From NCBI GenBank assembly GCA_002269645.1, contig NIVC01001525.1:124001-188000 (forward strand): a stretch of 64,000 bases of DNA, written 5' to 3'. The stretch is from Macrostomum lignano (lineage: Eukaryota). Shown here piece after piece: positions 63,451 to 64,000 of this stretch; the first letter of the stretch is position 1, and each line of letters begins with the position of its first letter. Under the pieces are notes generated by a model. The model was not told the origin of the DNA. It searched no databases and saw only the letters and a program-made list of their open reading frames with translations. The translations under genes were made by a program, and so were the position numbers.

Positions 63451-64000
63451 CTTCTTCTACAACAACAACAACAAAATACGCTGTCATGATGGTAAAAGTC
63501 AGCGTCACAGGGCGCGCTTCATGGCTTGGGCGCGAACAAAGGCCGCGCCACCGGCAGTGTCCGGGGCGCCGGCGTCAGCCAGCAGACAGTCGACATAACG
63601 CCGAGTTCGCGCTTGACCTCGCCGGTAGGGTGCCTGCAGCGTGAGCAGCAGCACCTCCTGCACCGGCTGTGGGCAGTACGACTCGGCGCGGATGAGATGG
63701 CCTGCGAGCTGGAGTCGCCGACGGCGCAGTAGATCACTTGGACGTGGCAGGCCAGCGCGGCGATAGAGTGCCGCGTTGGTGACTCGCTCGACGCCGATGT
63801 TGAAGGCGGCGCGCAGCAGACCAGCGTGCGCCGCATCGACTTGCTGTTCGAGTGAGTCCGTCAGCGTCCAGGTCTCGGCGTTGTACAGCAGGACGGTCTC
63901 GATTACCGCCTGGAACAGCGCCGCCCTCTGGCGGTCCGGTAGGGCCTCGGACTGCAGGACTGCCCTCACAGAACAAAAGGCAGCCCAGGCAAGCCCGCGG
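63451..64000 (-). mobile_element. 3' end of an RTE-clade non-LTR retrotransposon (RT C-terminal region and short-repeat tail)
   Basis: ORF LFQAVIETVLLYNAETWTL..LLRAAFNI..VTNAALY..RRRRLQLAGHLIR matches the RTE post-RT motif. Stop at 63505, then a (TTG)n/AAG tail at 63451-63473. Confidence 0.88.

Overview
Eukaryotic (animal) genomic DNA with GT-AG introns and very dense minisatellites (about 18-19 kb, roughly 29% of the window, summed by eye). The overall style suggests a Macrostomum-like flatworm, but that is inference only. Genes reconstructed by hand with frame-consistent exon phases: (1) a 13-exon TRPV channel of the Inactive/OSM-9 subgroup (25709-37699, -), with one apparent 1-nt frameshift in exon 1; (2) a 7-exon ankyrin-repeat + STE11/MAP3K-like kinase with degenerate catalytic motifs (41764-44746, +), head-to-head with the TRPV; (3) an intronless SDS22-type LRR/coiled-coil gene (19172-20491, +); (4) four copies of a secreted PAN/Apple x2 + fibrinogen-C (FReD) gene: one intact (48635-52028), one with a single nonsense codon (6446-10120), one wrecked by a MITE, a solo-LTR-like insert, a frameshift and a deletion (2121-4837), and one exon-5 fragment (about 62776-63045); (5) the first exon of a gene leaving the window at left and an orphan internal exon near 58 kb. 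Mobile DNA: a TA-TSD palindromic MITE, a TG..CA 188-bp insert, a Harbinger-type MITE, a Tc1/IS630-like transposase fragment, a foldback-like element carrying a G-quadruplex-type array, and the 3' end of an RTE LINE. The most unusual signal is that many unrelated minisatellites carry a YAG|GT proto-splice site or copy a real exon/intron junction on the sense strand of their host gene. The clearest case is a 73-bp unit that reads as a complete mini-intron repeated with zero-length exons.
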